From Opitutales bacterium (GTDB lineage Bacteria > Verrucomicrobiota > Verrucomicrobiia > Opitutales > UBA2995), in contig CBDCNU010000007.1 of the NCBI GenBank assembly GCA_965219475.1, positions 9,457 to 73,456 of the forward strand: a DNA stretch of 64,000 bases. Reading direction: 5' to 3'. The notes under the pieces were generated by a model. It made no database searches, was not told the DNA's origin, and was given only the letters and a program-made list of their open reading frames with translations. The first letter of the stretch is position 1, and each line of letters begins with the position of its first letter. This document shows positions 20,145 to 30,824 of this stretch, piece by piece. A program made the position numbers and the translations under genes.

Positions 20145-22616
20145 CTACCCCTCGCCGTGCAGGAGGTAGGCCAGCAAGTCGCGAATTTCACTCGCGGTCA
20201 TGGTATGGAGCAAACCGGGTGGCATGAGGGAGAAAGGCATTTCATCCCGCTTCTCAATATCACTCTTGGCAATGGAGATTACCTTTCCATCCGGGCCAAC
20301 GTAGGATTGCAAATCTCCTTCTATTCCCAGGACCAGGCCCATGTAGGAGGCGCCATGGCGGGTCGTGATGGTCTGAGGTCGAAAGTAGGGAGCGACCTCG
20401 GCATTTGGATCGACGGTGTGCTCAAGCAACCAGGACCGGTCAATGCCGTCCTGGTCGCTAATCGTCGACAAATCCGGCCCTAAATCAACGCCCCGACCGT
20501 TCATGGAATGACAATTGGAACAGATCCCCATTCGAGGATGAAAGAACAATCGCCGGCCAATAGAGGTATCGGAATTTCCTGGAGCATTCTCAACCAATTC
20601 CTCCCATGCGGAAATATCGTCCTGGGCCGGTTTTGCTTTCAACGTACGTTGTATCAAACCCGCTGAGGCAAGGGCGCGTTCCGCTTCTGCCGATACGGTT
20701 TCGTTTTTATCGCGGCTCAGTGTTTCCAGCAAAGTGGAATTTTCCGCGGCAAATGCGGCCAATCCGGCGATGGCATCGGCTCTGAGGCTTGATTCGATAA
20801 ATTTATCTGCCGCCAGTTTAGCGAGAACAGACTCACGGGCGGCATCCGAATGAAGGGCCAGGGCTCGAATCGCCTCCCGTTGTATTTCAGGATCATCCGC
20901 TTGGGAAAGAGCGGCCAGTTGTCGAACGGACAGCCCCGGATGATCCACTTTCACATTTTGTAGCGCAAGCGCGCGAATGGCCGGAGGTTTACCGGTATCT
21001 TCCGCCAGTTCCAGGAGTTTACCACTGGGAGAAAACTCTCTACCGGATCCATCATCGCCCAACCTGGCCAGGGCCGCGACGACAGATCGCAGCCCGCGAG
21101 GCGTCAAATCCGGCCGATCCAACTGCAGTTCCAACTGAGACTGAAACCGCGAAAGCTGTTCGTCTGCAATCCACTTGATCCCTACAAAGCGGACGTCCGC
21201 ATCGGCATCATTGAGCAGTTCCGGAATAATTCCCGATTCTCCGAGGGGATCAACCCGTTTGAGCGCTACTGCGTAATGGGCCCGTGCCATGGGATTGGCG
21301 AACGACTTCAGGTCCAAGGATCTCAATGCATCCGGATTTTCGGTGAGAACCTGGATGGCCTGAGTTCTTAAATAAGGATCCGGACTGCCCAAATGTCGGG
21401 AGGCTTCCGGCAGCGACATCGAGGCTTTGGTTTTACGGGGAAGCGGGTTCAAATCCAGGGGATCCTTGAATTCTATGCGCCAGATACGACCCAGGCCGTG
21501 GACCGGGTATGAGAGACTCACCCAATCGGTGAAGTAGAGATATTTGCCATCGGCGGAGTAGGAAAAATGGACCGGACGAAAATTGTCGGGACCGCTGATA
21601 AACGGTTCGCGACCGGCAATGAACGAGGCCCCTTCTGGTTTAAGCGCGTGTAAATCGACGCGATTGTCCGTCCAGGATGCCGTCAGCAAATGCACACCAT
21701 CGTAGGGAACGACGCCACCGGCTGCCTCCCCCAGCGCCCCAATCATACCGAGGGTCCCGGGAATCTCTCCGCGCCAGGATACCAGGGGGTGCCGGCCCGA
21801 CCGGCCGTAACGGTATTCATAACCAAAGTCGCCCCCTTGAATTATATGCAGTAGCCGGTTGGGCGGGGTGCTGGTCGGATCATTGTCAGTCGAAAACAGA
21901 TTTCCCCTTAGATCATACGTCATGCCGAAAGCATTCCAATGCCCGGTGGAAAGGCGTTTAAGTCGACTGCCATCGGTGCGACAATGATAGGTGGAACCGC
22001 CTTCGCCACCACCTGACAACCTTACCCCGTCACTGCCCACAAAGGTGTAATCCGCTCCCAGATTTTCACCAAAACCGAAGGCCATCCAATCCGGGTTGGC
22101 CGGATCGATGGCCAATCCGCCCACTCCGTTGTGGGGGTAGTCTCCGTCGGTCTCGCATTTCACCAGGATCTCAGGATCTCCTTCCGCCGATTGAAGCGTG
22201 GTTGCATCGGGAAAACGACCGATGACCCAACGCGTGGCAAAGTAAAGGTGGCCATCCGGACCGAAAAGCAGATCGGTACTGAAAACGTGGCCTTCGTAAA
22301 ACACCGAGCGCTGGTCGGAAACACCATCTCCATCGGTGTCCTCGAATATGAGAATGCGATCCGTCTCGGGACCCTCATAACCGGCCGGACGTTGATGGGT
22401 GTGGTTTTCTTGCACGAACACCCGTCCATCGGGCGCGATCGCAATGCCAACCGGGGTCACAATATCGGGATTCTCGGCAAACAGTGTAATGCTTTGGATG
22501 TTGCGGTGATGAATGGCCGGGGAGAATTCAGCCGATTCAACCTCTACCAAAGGGACAGCCAAGAAAAAGGCTATCAGACAATACGGATTGAAGAAGTGAA
22601 CTTTCATCAGTTTCAT
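20145..22616 (-). CDS. PVC-type heme-binding CxxCH protein (dehydrogenase-like propeller + HEAT repeats + C-terminal cytochrome c)
   Basis: Same architecture as 13040-16060 but without the C-terminal carbohydrate-binding-like tail. CSNCHSMNGRG heme site. HEAT-like repeats. Confidence 0.8.
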   Translation of the reverse strand: MKLMKVHFFNPYCLIAFFLAVPLVEVESAEFSPAIHHRNIQSITLFAENPDIVTPVGIAIAPDGRVFVQENHTHQRPAGYEGPETDRILIFEDTDGDGVSDQRSVFYEGHVFSTDLLFGPDGHLYFATRWVIGRFPDATTLQSAEGDPEILVKCETDGDYPHNGVGGLAIDPANPDWMAFGFGENLGADYTFVGSDGVRLSGGGEGGSTYHCRTDGSRLKRLSTGHWNAFGMTYDLRGNLFSTDNDPTSTPPNRLLHIIQGGDFGYEYRYGRSGRHPLVSWRGEIPGTLGMIGALGEAAGGVVPYDGVHLLTASWTDNRVDLHALKPEGASFIAGREPFISGPDNFRPVHFSYSADGKYLYFTDWVSLSYPVHGLGRIWRIEFKDPLDLNPLPRKTKASMSLPEASRHLGSPDPYLRTQAIQVLTENPDALRSLDLKSFANPMARAHYAVALKRVDPLGESGIIPELLNDADADVRFVGIKWIADEQLSRFQSQLELQLDRPDLTPRGLRSVVAALARLGDDGSGREFSPSGKLLELAEDTGKPPAIRALALQNVKVDHPGLSVRQLAALSQADDPEIQREAIRALALHSDAARESVLAKLAADKFIESSLRADAIAGLAAFAAENSTLLETLSRDKNETVSAEAERALASAGLIQRTLKAKPAQDDISAWEELVENAPGNSDTSIGRRLFFHPRMGICSNCHSMNGRGVDLGPDLSTISDQDGIDRSWLLEHTVDPNAEVAPYFRPQTITTRHGASYMGLVLGIEGDLQSYVGPDGKVISIAKSDIEKRDEMPFSLMPPGLLHTMTASEIRDLLAYLLHGEG

Positions 22617-23120
22617 AAAAACGTGCCATCAATTTTGAGGGGTAACGTTAATGCGAGTCGGGGTAAGTAGGCGACCCAGAAAAAATTAGAATTGATCGGC
22701 CTGTTTGGAGGTTCCTCCAGATTAATTCTCGCCAAGACCGCAAAGACCGCAAAGGCCTGCTTCAATCATTTCTTTGCGTTGCTTTGCGTTCTTGGCGAGA
22801 GTCAAAATTAGCTTTCGATCAAGATCAGGATCAAGATTACGATGATTTACTTCGTGCCCCTGTGCCTTTCTCCCTGCCCATTCCTAATTCGCGCCATTGA
22901 GCATTCCCCACCTTGCCGAGAACTTCCCCTCAACCAGCTAACACCCTCAAATCGAAACATTCCACCATTCCACCATTCCATTACTCCCTCCTCCTCTTTC
23001 TTGGCCCTTAGCCTTCAGCCTTCCGGCCCCTCTCTCCCACAATTCCTAATTCCTAATTCCTAATTTTTATCCCCTTCCTTCTGCGCAAGCCCCGGTCCGG
23101 ACCATCACTGTTGAAAAATA

Positions 23121-24611
23121 CTATTTCTTCAAAGAAACGCGTGAATACGGACTCGAAAGATAGCTGGGATAATCCTCACCCTTATAGCTGATTGTTTTCC
23201 GGTGGTTACTAAAGAAATCTATGGTTTTTGCGTTACCGGTTAATGGGATCTCGGCCGTCCAAATCCCCTTCTTTTTATCCGTTGTCATTTCAAGCCACTG
23301 ATCATCCGGAAAAAGCTCATGGAAGTAGGCGGCGCTGCCATCGATACCACGATCGAACATCCACCAGATCCGCCCGCTCTCGGCCGGATTGTCAGAATCA
23401 AACCGTACGGTAACTTCCAAGGTATTGCCTGCTAATTGGTGGGTTACTTTGGGAGGATTCAACAAACGACCCTCTACTTCAAAAAAGTGCTGTAAAAGAA
23501 ATGCCGGTAAATTGGCCTCATCGGTTTCGAGAGCGGGATGAGATTTATTTTTCCCATGACCGCGATTCGTTTTGAAATACATCGGTGTGTCCGGATGGTG
23601 TTTGCCGCCCCATTGTATATCATAACATACGAAATCGTGCGTTCCGGGAGCAAAATACAGGTCGACACCACGTGCGTTTAAAGTTTCCAGGTTTCTGGAA
23701 ATGAACACCGCATCAGCCATACCATGGGCAAAGGTTTTCAGGTTATTCCAAGTCCTTCCCTCAGACAATGCAGCCGCATTATAAACAGGCCCAAAAAAAC
23801 CTCCCCTGAATGCGTGGTTAAGGATTTTGTCCAGTTGGGGTTTATCCAATCCCCGTGCCTTCGCATAGGCCAAATCCGCTTCCTCAAGGTTTGACCAGGC
23901 AATTTCATCACACAACCGTAAGGGGGAAGCCCATATCGGGGAGACGGTTGCATGGACCGCCGTTAACCGGTCATCGTGTATCAATGCCATGGAAGGCGAG
24001 GCTCCGTTCTTCGAACCTCCCGACATGGCCACTTTTGCGGGAACAATGTATTCGGTTTCCGCGTAGGCAGCTGTTAATGCGCGACTTAGGCTCGCCGGCC
24101 ACCCCCAGGTCTGAACAGATGAGCGAGGATCGAGGGTTTCCAAAAATCGATCCTCAATCTCTTTTGCAAGCTCGGCTTGTCCCGAGTGGTTCAAATTTTG
24201 AACCAACGTGTAAACCAGACCTACACCGCCTTCAATCAACAGCTCTTCAATCGGCCGAAGCGGTCTTTCCGTTTGAATCCGCTTATATGAATGGCCGCCG
24301 GTCAAATGAATCCCTTTGGCCTTTCTGTCGGCGGGAACAATCAATCGAACGGGAACCCGATACTCCTTGCCGGGCCAAAATTCACCAACCCGTATGGTCA
24401 TGAATTTCTGACGGGTCGGCACCTTTCCTTCCACCAGGTGCCAGCCCTGAATTACTTGCGCCTCCAGAGTGGATGAATCCCTGATCTCCCCCATGTCAAT
24501 CGGGTTCGAAACTCCTCCGAGTAGCAGGGTAGACACAATGAATGCGAGGAAAACCAAAGTAATCAGTGGAGCAATTCTCATTGCAAAAAGAAATACCTTA
24601 CCCATCGCCAC
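23121..24611 (-). CDS. membrane-anchored alpha/beta-hydrolase-fold protein (PhoPQ-activated pathogenicity-related / PqaA-like)
   Basis: N-terminal transmembrane anchor. MSGGSKNGASPSMALIHDDRLTAVHATVSP resembles the GxSKRGW...D.RV motif of the PhoPQ_related family. Confidence 0.45.
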   Translation of the reverse strand: MAMGKVFLFAMRIAPLITLVFLAFIVSTLLLGGVSNPIDMGEIRDSSTLEAQVIQGWHLVEGKVPTRQKFMTIRVGEFWPGKEYRVPVRLIVPADRKAKGIHLTGGHSYKRIQTERPLRPIEELLIEGGVGLVYTLVQNLNHSGQAELAKEIEDRFLETLDPRSSVQTWGWPASLSRALTAAYAETEYIVPAKVAMSGGSKNGASPSMALIHDDRLTAVHATVSPIWASPLRLCDEIAWSNLEEADLAYAKARGLDKPQLDKILNHAFRGGFFGPVYNAAALSEGRTWNNLKTFAHGMADAVFISRNLETLNARGVDLYFAPGTHDFVCYDIQWGGKHHPDTPMYFKTNRGHGKNKSHPALETDEANLPAFLLQHFFEVEGRLLNPPKVTHQLAGNTLEVTVRFDSDNPAESGRIWWMFDRGIDGSAAYFHELFPDDQWLEMTTDKKKGIWTAEIPLTGNAKTIDFFSNHRKTISYKGEDYPSYLSSPYSRVSLKK

Positions 24612-24752
24612 AAGCGATCTTTTTCAGGCTGCTTCCTTCTCCATCAGACCTGCCGATTCCTTTCTGAACTCGCCACTGTAAGGTTTCCGTGGCACATTTG
24701 GAATCTCCGGTTAAGAGAATCCCGTGTCCAATTTTTTCAGTACCCATCCATC

Positions 24753-25964
24753 ATGATGCAGCTACCAAAAACACTCTTTCCCCTTTCCCTGTTCCTCCTC
24801 TCAACCTTGTTCGCCCAATCCAAGGAATTATTACCCCTGCGCGAGGTAATCACCGATGATATGCTATGCGTCGGCCATCATTGGACCCCGGACGAAGCCA
24901 ACCTGAAGATGAAGGAATTCGCCTCCTCCTGGCGGGACAAAAATTCCTGGGAAGGGCGAGCCGAGGCCATTCGCGAAGGCATTCTCAAAGGCCTCTACTG
25001 GGATCACATGCCCAAGATAGAAGGAGACTTCCGGCCTGTTATCCACAGCCGCAGGGAAATGGATGGTTACGTGGTAGAGAATATCGCGATTAAAAGTTTT
25101 CCAGGGTTTTACATCACGGGAAACCTCTACACTCCGGCAAATCCCAAGGAAAAAAATCCGGCCATCCTCAGTCCTCATGGGCACGCGCACAATAAACGCC
25201 TCACCCCTGACGTGCAAAAACGTTGCGCCGTTTTCGCTCGGATGGGCGTCGTGACCTTCGCTTACGATATGGTCGGTTACGCCGAATCCACCCAGGTAAC
25301 CCACAAAATGCCCATTGCAGCTCTCCTTCAAACCTGGAATAGTACCCGTGTGCTGGAATACCTGATTTCGCGCCCCGAGGTAGACCCCCAACGGATCGGC
25401 ATGACGGGTGGTTCCGGCGGTGGAACTCAAACCTTCATCCTGACGGCTATCGACAAGCGCATCAGCGTGTCCGCTCCAGTGGTACAGGTATCAGCCCACT
25501 TCTTTGGCGGCTGCGTTTGTGAAAGCGGCATGCCCATCCACAAAAACGTCGGCCTGCAAACGAACAATGTGGAGTTTGCCGCCATGGCAGCGCCGCGGCC
25601 ACTCCTTCTCGTTTCCAACGGGGCGGACTGGACGCGCAACACGCCTCGCATCGAGTACCCCTACGTGAGAAATGTTTACGCCCTCTACGACGCCGAACAC
25701 AAGGCGGAACACGTCCACCTGCCTCACGAAGGGCACGACTACGGATATTCCAAACGAGTCGCCGTCTATCCCTTCTTTGCTCACCACCTCGGCTTGCGTT
25801 ACAAATCCATCCCCTACAAAGACGGCTTCGACGAGAGCTTTGTAACCGTGCTCCAACCCGAGGATCTACACGTCTTCGATCAGGACCATCCCCGCCCTTC
25901 CGACGCCCTTTCCGGCGACCGCGCCGTCATGGAGAGTTTAGGGTTCGAATACGATAAAAAGTGA
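24753..25964 (+). CDS. secreted alpha/beta hydrolase (acetyl-xylan-esterase-like)
   Basis: Signal peptide. Nucleophile-elbow-like MTGGSGGGTQTF. Downstream His in PHEGHDYG. Confidence 0.6.
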   Translation: MMQLPKTLFPLSLFLLSTLFAQSKELLPLREVITDDMLCVGHHWTPDEANLKMKEFASSWRDKNSWEGRAEAIREGILKGLYWDHMPKIEGDFRPVIHSRREMDGYVVENIAIKSFPGFYITGNLYTPANPKEKNPAILSPHGHAHNKRLTPDVQKRCAVFARMGVVTFAYDMVGYAESTQVTHKMPIAALLQTWNSTRVLEYLISRPEVDPQRIGMTGGSGGGTQTFILTAIDKRISVSAPVVQVSAHFFGGCVCESGMPIHKNVGLQTNNVEFAAMAAPRPLLLVSNGADWTRNTPRIEYPYVRNVYALYDAEHKAEHVHLPHEGHDYGYSKRVAVYPFFAHHLGLRYKSIPYKDGFDESFVTVLQPEDLHVFDQDHPRPSDALSGDRAVMESLGFEYDKK

Positions 25965-26116
25965 GGTATTCAACTCAGCTTATACTCGCCAAACAAAAGA
26001 GCCTGGGAAAGGGGTCAAACCTTGAATCGGTTGACTCCGCAAGCTTCGTCAAGATTGCAAGGAATGACCCCGACGGGGCTTCTGTCGCTCGCAACGAATT
26101 TTTTGATTAACGCAGG

Positions 26117-29100
26117 CTAGAAAGAGAATGTGTTGGTGATAAACCAACTCGTGGTCGGTGGGATGCGCAGAGCCCCATAGGAGCCGTCCGGCTGAACGTT
26201 GATCGGAATCAACTCGTCGTCGGCAAATGCGTCGGTAATGTTCAGCTGTACCCTCCAATTGATGTTGTCGGTCAGCTTGCGATTGTAGCCGATCCAGAAG
26301 TCGATCCTGGTTTCGCCATCGGACATATAGGGATTGTCGATTTCCCATATGAAGTCGGTTTGGCCTTCCAGGTTGTCGATTATCGGATAGCCGACAATCT
26401 TTCCCGACATATAGCGAGCGGCGCCGCCCAGGAAAGTGCCTTGTAGACCCCCTTCGTTAAAACTGTAGTTGTTGACGAAGTTGGCGTGCCACTTGCGAAT
26501 TTCAGGAGCATCACTGCCTTCATTGAGTTTGGCCAATTGGAAATCGCCCCACAGGTAATTGCGGAACCAGGAGCGAATGGAATTGACGTAGCTTCTGCCA
26601 GGCCCCCAAAGGCGCACCGACCCAGCCGGGCCATTGTAGGCTTCAGCCCTCTCCTCCAGGAAAGCTACCAAATCGCCTCCGACGTTGGCCCGGGTTGCTT
26701 CGGTCTTGGATACATTCAGCGAGACCCGCCAATTGGGGGTCGGGTTGGCGATTAATTCGACTTCCAACCCTTCGGACTCGTTGTCTGCAGTGGAGGTCAT
26801 ACCTACCGGCGACTGGTAGCCGACACCCGCGGGCCAGCCGGGGATCATCCACTGGGCATCGGAAGTGTTGATATTCCAGGCATCGATGAATTCCTGGGGA
26901 AGGGAATCGAAGTATTGGAAGAAGGCGTCGAGGACTTGCTGCTCGGTCCAAGTTTGGCCGTCACCTCCCGGATAGGGTTCTGAACCGGGTTGCCAACTGT
27001 ATCCACCTTGCGGGTTCCAGTTGGACACCGCAAAGGATTCGACTTTATTCTGAGCCTTCTTTGCGTAGGCCCAAGGCATCTGGGTTGTCCAACCGATAGC
27101 CCAAGCGGAGGGGAAACCATAACTGGCGGTCTTTACGTCTGATTGGTACCAATTGAGTCGAAACGAGTACTTGTTGTCCGGGGCTGACACCAGGAAACCC
27201 CAATCCTTGGTCTCTCCAGTGGGGGAAGGAAGGGTCCGGCCCCTATGATTGACCCGCTGAGCGGCAGGTTGGAAGTTTTCGGACTGGTTGTAGAAAAGAC
27301 TCAACCCAACGCCGTAGGGAAGATTCCAGGGAATTAAATCATGGACGTGAGCCACCAGGCTGTAGGTCCTGGTAATGCCGCTGGTCTCACCGGTGGGTTC
27401 ATCCGGAAGCCGGAAACCGGGGCCCTCCACATCGACCGTGTCATCTGCTTCTCTCTGGCCTTGATGCGCATAGGCTTTGCTCGAGTCCTCGCGGTATCCA
27501 AACAAGGGTACGAGGGCTCCATTCAACATGTAGCCTTGCCAGATAAACGCCTCGGAATCGATCTCGGTCTTGGTCAGATTTGCCGCATGGTACATATTTT
27601 TTAGATCGCTGGTAGTCGCGTCCATGAAGGTGAATCGTTCCGTGGTCCAGCCCGCGTAATTGGCCGGATTATCGTATTCCTGCAATGCTCCAGCTCGCGG
27701 GAAGTAGGGGTCTATCCAATCGGCGGCGTGATCCACCCCAGTGGCAATCCAGGTGGGATCGAAAAACCTCACGTTTCCCCCTTGCATGGGGGTTATGACC
27801 GTTTTGACGGGGCTGAGACCCATCGGCCAATCCTGCCCTCTCAAATCGTCGCTTATATAATGAGCGACACTGATTTTGCGCGACATGCTCGAGGTGATGG
27901 ATTTGTCCGCCGCGAGCATACGTTCGGCAAAGGATATGGGAGCTGAATACCGGGCAAAGTCCCTCCTTTCCGAGGCGTCATCGTCTTGGCTGAAGAAAGC
28001 GGTAAAAACATGGTTTCCCAACAACCTGCCCAGGAAATTTCCTCCCATCCACTCCTCGAGGTCCACTTTCCCATAAACTGTGGCCCGGCTTTGGTCCAAT
28101 TCCTGAAAGTTTACGTTATTTTGCCACAATTGGGTGCTGGTGAGGACGGCTCGGCCCAAGTTGGGATTGGGAGAACCATCGGGGAGGACTTCATTGATAT
28201 CAATGGTGATAGCGCTGCCGGACTGTTGGGCGGTAAAGATCGAGGTCAGCCCCCATTGGGCCTCCTGACGGTCGACACCAACCTCATAGCCCAAATCCCC
28301 GTCGAAGAAGGTTTGGGAAAAGGTGAACTGCAAGCCATCGAAGTCGTGGAACTCGCTTTTATTGGGTCCGTCGAGCAGGTGGTTTTTGTAGTCGAATATG
28401 GAGCGGTCGTTGATGTGCCGGTCTTTGTAAACTCCCAGGTCCCAGTGGGGTAGTTGCGCTCTTCTGGCATAATCGGAAAAGACGTTGGGACCCTGCCAGC
28501 GACCAAGACCCAAGCCGGCCATCCTGGGGGTGGCACGAAAGACATGTGCGGGAGGCGTATGTATGACATAGGCAGCCTGTTGAAATTCGTGTGAAGTGTT
28601 GGAATTGCTGTATGCTACGATCTCGTCGAAAATAGTACCCAACGATCCTCTTATCCAAGGGTCGCGATTACCTCCCAGATTTGAACTGATGCCCCAAATA
28701 TTCTTACCTTGGCTGTCAAAGCCTTTCAAGGCTTGGGGCATGTTGTAGATATCCTGAGGCACATCGTCCAAAGATTTCCACTCCGTCACATGGTTGGAGA
28801 GATTTCCGATGTACTGGTTGAGGGTAAATTTGTTCAGGCCCCCCTCGAGACCGGAACCCGACTTGAAGAAGGGGGTGATCTGATCCTTGGGTGTCATCAA
28901 GCGTGGATTGTTGGAGTCGATCTGCCCATTTTCATAATTGATTTTGAAAGAGGTGGTCATTGAATCGTAATTAAAGAAGCTCGGGTCCCATCTGGCCGCC
29001 ACGTAGGCCCGCGTGCTGTCGGAAAAGGCCGGGTCCTGCCGGTACTTGGCGTCGTTGCTCAACATAATCACCCGAACAGCCAGTTCATCCTCCACCAATT

Positions 29101-29788
29101 CCTGGTTGATGTTAGTAGTAATGCGCTGACTGCCATGTTGGTCGAAACGGACCGAAATTTCATTTGTATTGGAAAAAACCGCCGCCTGCAACGTGGTGTT
29201 GATAATGCCGGCAGGGCTGCCCAATCCAAAGAGGATGGAATTGGCTCCTCGCACCATGTCGACACGGGTGGTGTTATAGGTGTCGAAGGGAATGAGGCTG
29301 CGAAAGTAGTTGCGGGTATTGTCACTGCTATCCAGTCCACGCAAACGCGTATTGTTGTTGGGTCGGGCGAAAAGGTGATTTTCCGTCAGGTTGGCCCCGC
29401 TGCCAACCCCGGTGAAATTTCCCCTGACTCCTCCCACCTCGGCATTGGTCAAATAAAGCAGGAGGTCTTGGTTGTTGGTCGCCCCCACGTCTTCCAGGAA
29501 TTCTTTCGTAAGCACTGAAATGGATGTGCCGATGTCCTCCAACCGGGTATTGAGACGAGTCCCGGCCAGTGTGGAGGTGGCCAGGTAACCAATGTATTCG
29601 TCGTCCTCCACCGTAAAGGGAGAAAGTTCATAGACCTCTTCCTCATCCTCTTCCTGGGCCGGCGAGGTCGTCGGAAACAGGGATGACAATGAAAGGGTCG
29701 CGATCAAAACGATCCCTATCCCGATGAGATTGCAGTTCTCCCCTGCCCTACCGAAGGGCCGGATAGTGGGACAATTTACGGTTTTCAT
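26117..29788 (-). CDS. TonB-dependent receptor-like outer-membrane protein (1223 aa)
   Basis: Plug-like N-terminus (SPFTVEDDE...STLAGTRLNTRLEDIGTSISVLTKEFLEDVGATNNQDLL). Long beta-rich body. Terminal aromatic residue (...TNTFSF). Confidence 0.8.
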   Translation of the reverse strand: MKTVNCPTIRPFGRAGENCNLIGIGIVLIATLSLSSLFPTTSPAQEEDEEEVYELSPFTVEDDEYIGYLATSTLAGTRLNTRLEDIGTSISVLTKEFLEDVGATNNQDLLLYLTNAEVGGVRGNFTGVGSGANLTENHLFARPNNNTRLRGLDSSDNTRNYFRSLIPFDTYNTTRVDMVRGANSILFGLGSPAGIINTTLQAAVFSNTNEISVRFDQHGSQRITTNINQELVEDELAVRVIMLSNDAKYRQDPAFSDSTRAYVAARWDPSFFNYDSMTTSFKINYENGQIDSNNPRLMTPKDQITPFFKSGSGLEGGLNKFTLNQYIGNLSNHVTEWKSLDDVPQDIYNMPQALKGFDSQGKNIWGISSNLGGNRDPWIRGSLGTIFDEIVAYSNSNTSHEFQQAAYVIHTPPAHVFRATPRMAGLGLGRWQGPNVFSDYARRAQLPHWDLGVYKDRHINDRSIFDYKNHLLDGPNKSEFHDFDGLQFTFSQTFFDGDLGYEVGVDRQEAQWGLTSIFTAQQSGSAITIDINEVLPDGSPNPNLGRAVLTSTQLWQNNVNFQELDQSRATVYGKVDLEEWMGGNFLGRLLGNHVFTAFFSQDDDASERRDFARYSAPISFAERMLAADKSITSSMSRKISVAHYISDDLRGQDWPMGLSPVKTVITPMQGGNVRFFDPTWIATGVDHAADWIDPYFPRAGALQEYDNPANYAGWTTERFTFMDATTSDLKNMYHAANLTKTEIDSEAFIWQGYMLNGALVPLFGYREDSSKAYAHQGQREADDTVDVEGPGFRLPDEPTGETSGITRTYSLVAHVHDLIPWNLPYGVGLSLFYNQSENFQPAAQRVNHRGRTLPSPTGETKDWGFLVSAPDNKYSFRLNWYQSDVKTASYGFPSAWAIGWTTQMPWAYAKKAQNKVESFAVSNWNPQGGYSWQPGSEPYPGGDGQTWTEQQVLDAFFQYFDSLPQEFIDAWNINTSDAQWMIPGWPAGVGYQSPVGMTSTADNESEGLEVELIANPTPNWRVSLNVSKTEATRANVGGDLVAFLEERAEAYNGPAGSVRLWGPGRSYVNSIRSWFRNYLWGDFQLAKLNEGSDAPEIRKWHANFVNNYSFNEGGLQGTFLGGAARYMSGKIVGYPIIDNLEGQTDFIWEIDNPYMSDGETRIDFWIGYNRKLTDNINWRVQLNITDAFADDELIPINVQPDGSYGALRIPPTTSWFITNTFSF

Positions 29789-30011
29789 GGATGTCTCTCC
29801 TTTTCCAATTCGGTGGTTGCGGCAAAATTTTCAGATCTGAGCTGGCTCCAATCCAATGCTTCGCAGTGTTCAAAATTGCCCGGATCGAGAAGCGGCAATA
29901 TAACCAGCCGCTCCAATTAGTAAATTTAATAACGTCAAGTAGTAGGTTTATTAACTTTTTGCTTCAGATCTAGTTGGGTCAATATGATTTTTGTCGAATG
30001 CCGGCAAACTG

Positions 30012-30443
30012 TTACCTCAGCAACTCGACGGAGAGACCCTTGTAGGCCGTGAAACCCCTATCGAAAGTGAGGACTTTCAGACCCCAACTTTCGGCAAATG
30101 CCGCGAGGTAAGCGTCGTTCCAGACCTTTGGAGAATACTTCCGTGTAATGGAGTAACCTCGCCAAGCGGTTTCAATGTCGGGCGGTTCCTCCAAAAATTC
30201 AATTCGCTCATCACTGAGAAATTTATCGTAGGCGCTCCAAGCCTGATGATGAGTGAGTGGCTCCGATATGGCCTTCGCATTGGTGGCCAATCGGAGAAAT
30301 CCATGTTGGGTCATGCGACACATGAAGCAAGTAGCGGGGCCCTGCTGGTCCATCCATTTCCAAGCAGACGGGCTATGAGGATGTTTTCTGAAGGTCAGCG
30401 CCAACCAGAAATTTATATCAGCCAAGTAGGGCACGGTCATCAT
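30012..30443 (-). CDS. vapC: type II toxin, PIN-domain VapC family
   Basis: LADINFWLAL...H.HS.A..W...FCRMTQHGFLRL...NDAYLAAFAESWGLKVLTFDRGF matches the VapC pattern with conserved acidic residues. Overlaps the upstream antitoxin ORF. Confidence 0.8.
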   Translation of the reverse strand: MMTVPYLADINFWLALTFRKHPHSPSAWKWMDQQGPATCFMCRMTQHGFLRLATNAKAISEPLTHHQAWSAYDKFLSDERIEFLEEPPDIETAWRGYSITRKYSPKVWNDAYLAAFAESWGLKVLTFDRGFTAYKGLSVELLR

Positions 30444-30660
30444 CCTGGAGAATTTCGCTCAGCCCTTCGCTAGTGAAGACCACGGGTTCCCGGTTCGCAA
30501 AGAGGGGTCCTTCAAGGCGATTTCCCTCGGCCGGTTCGGTTTTTTTCAATTCATTACTCACGGCTTTCAGCAGGAAGCGCTTGAAGGTTTCGCCCCGAAG
30601 CGCGGCCTTCGCCTTGGCCCTCCGGTAAAGAAGGTCAGGAATGTCCACTGTCGTCCTCAT
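30418..30660 (-). CDS. type II antitoxin (VapB-like)
   Basis: 80-aa ORF MRTTVDIPDLLYRRAKAKAALRGETFKRFLL..., typical of small antitoxins. Overlaps vapC by about 26 nt. Confidence 0.65.
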   Translation of the reverse strand: MRTTVDIPDLLYRRAKAKAALRGETFKRFLLKAVSNELKKTEPAEGNRLEGPLFANREPVVFTSEGLSEILQDDDRALLG

Positions 30661-30824
30661 GAATTATGTAAAAGCATATTTATGTTTATATGTAAAGTGA
30701 AAATCCTGACCACGGATTTTTAAATAAAACAACGCTTCGCTTGATGCCTTCCTGCTTCGCCCAAGGGCTACGGCAGGACAAGACGGCAACAGGATGAAGC
30801 TCCGCTCCAACAGGAAAATTATTT

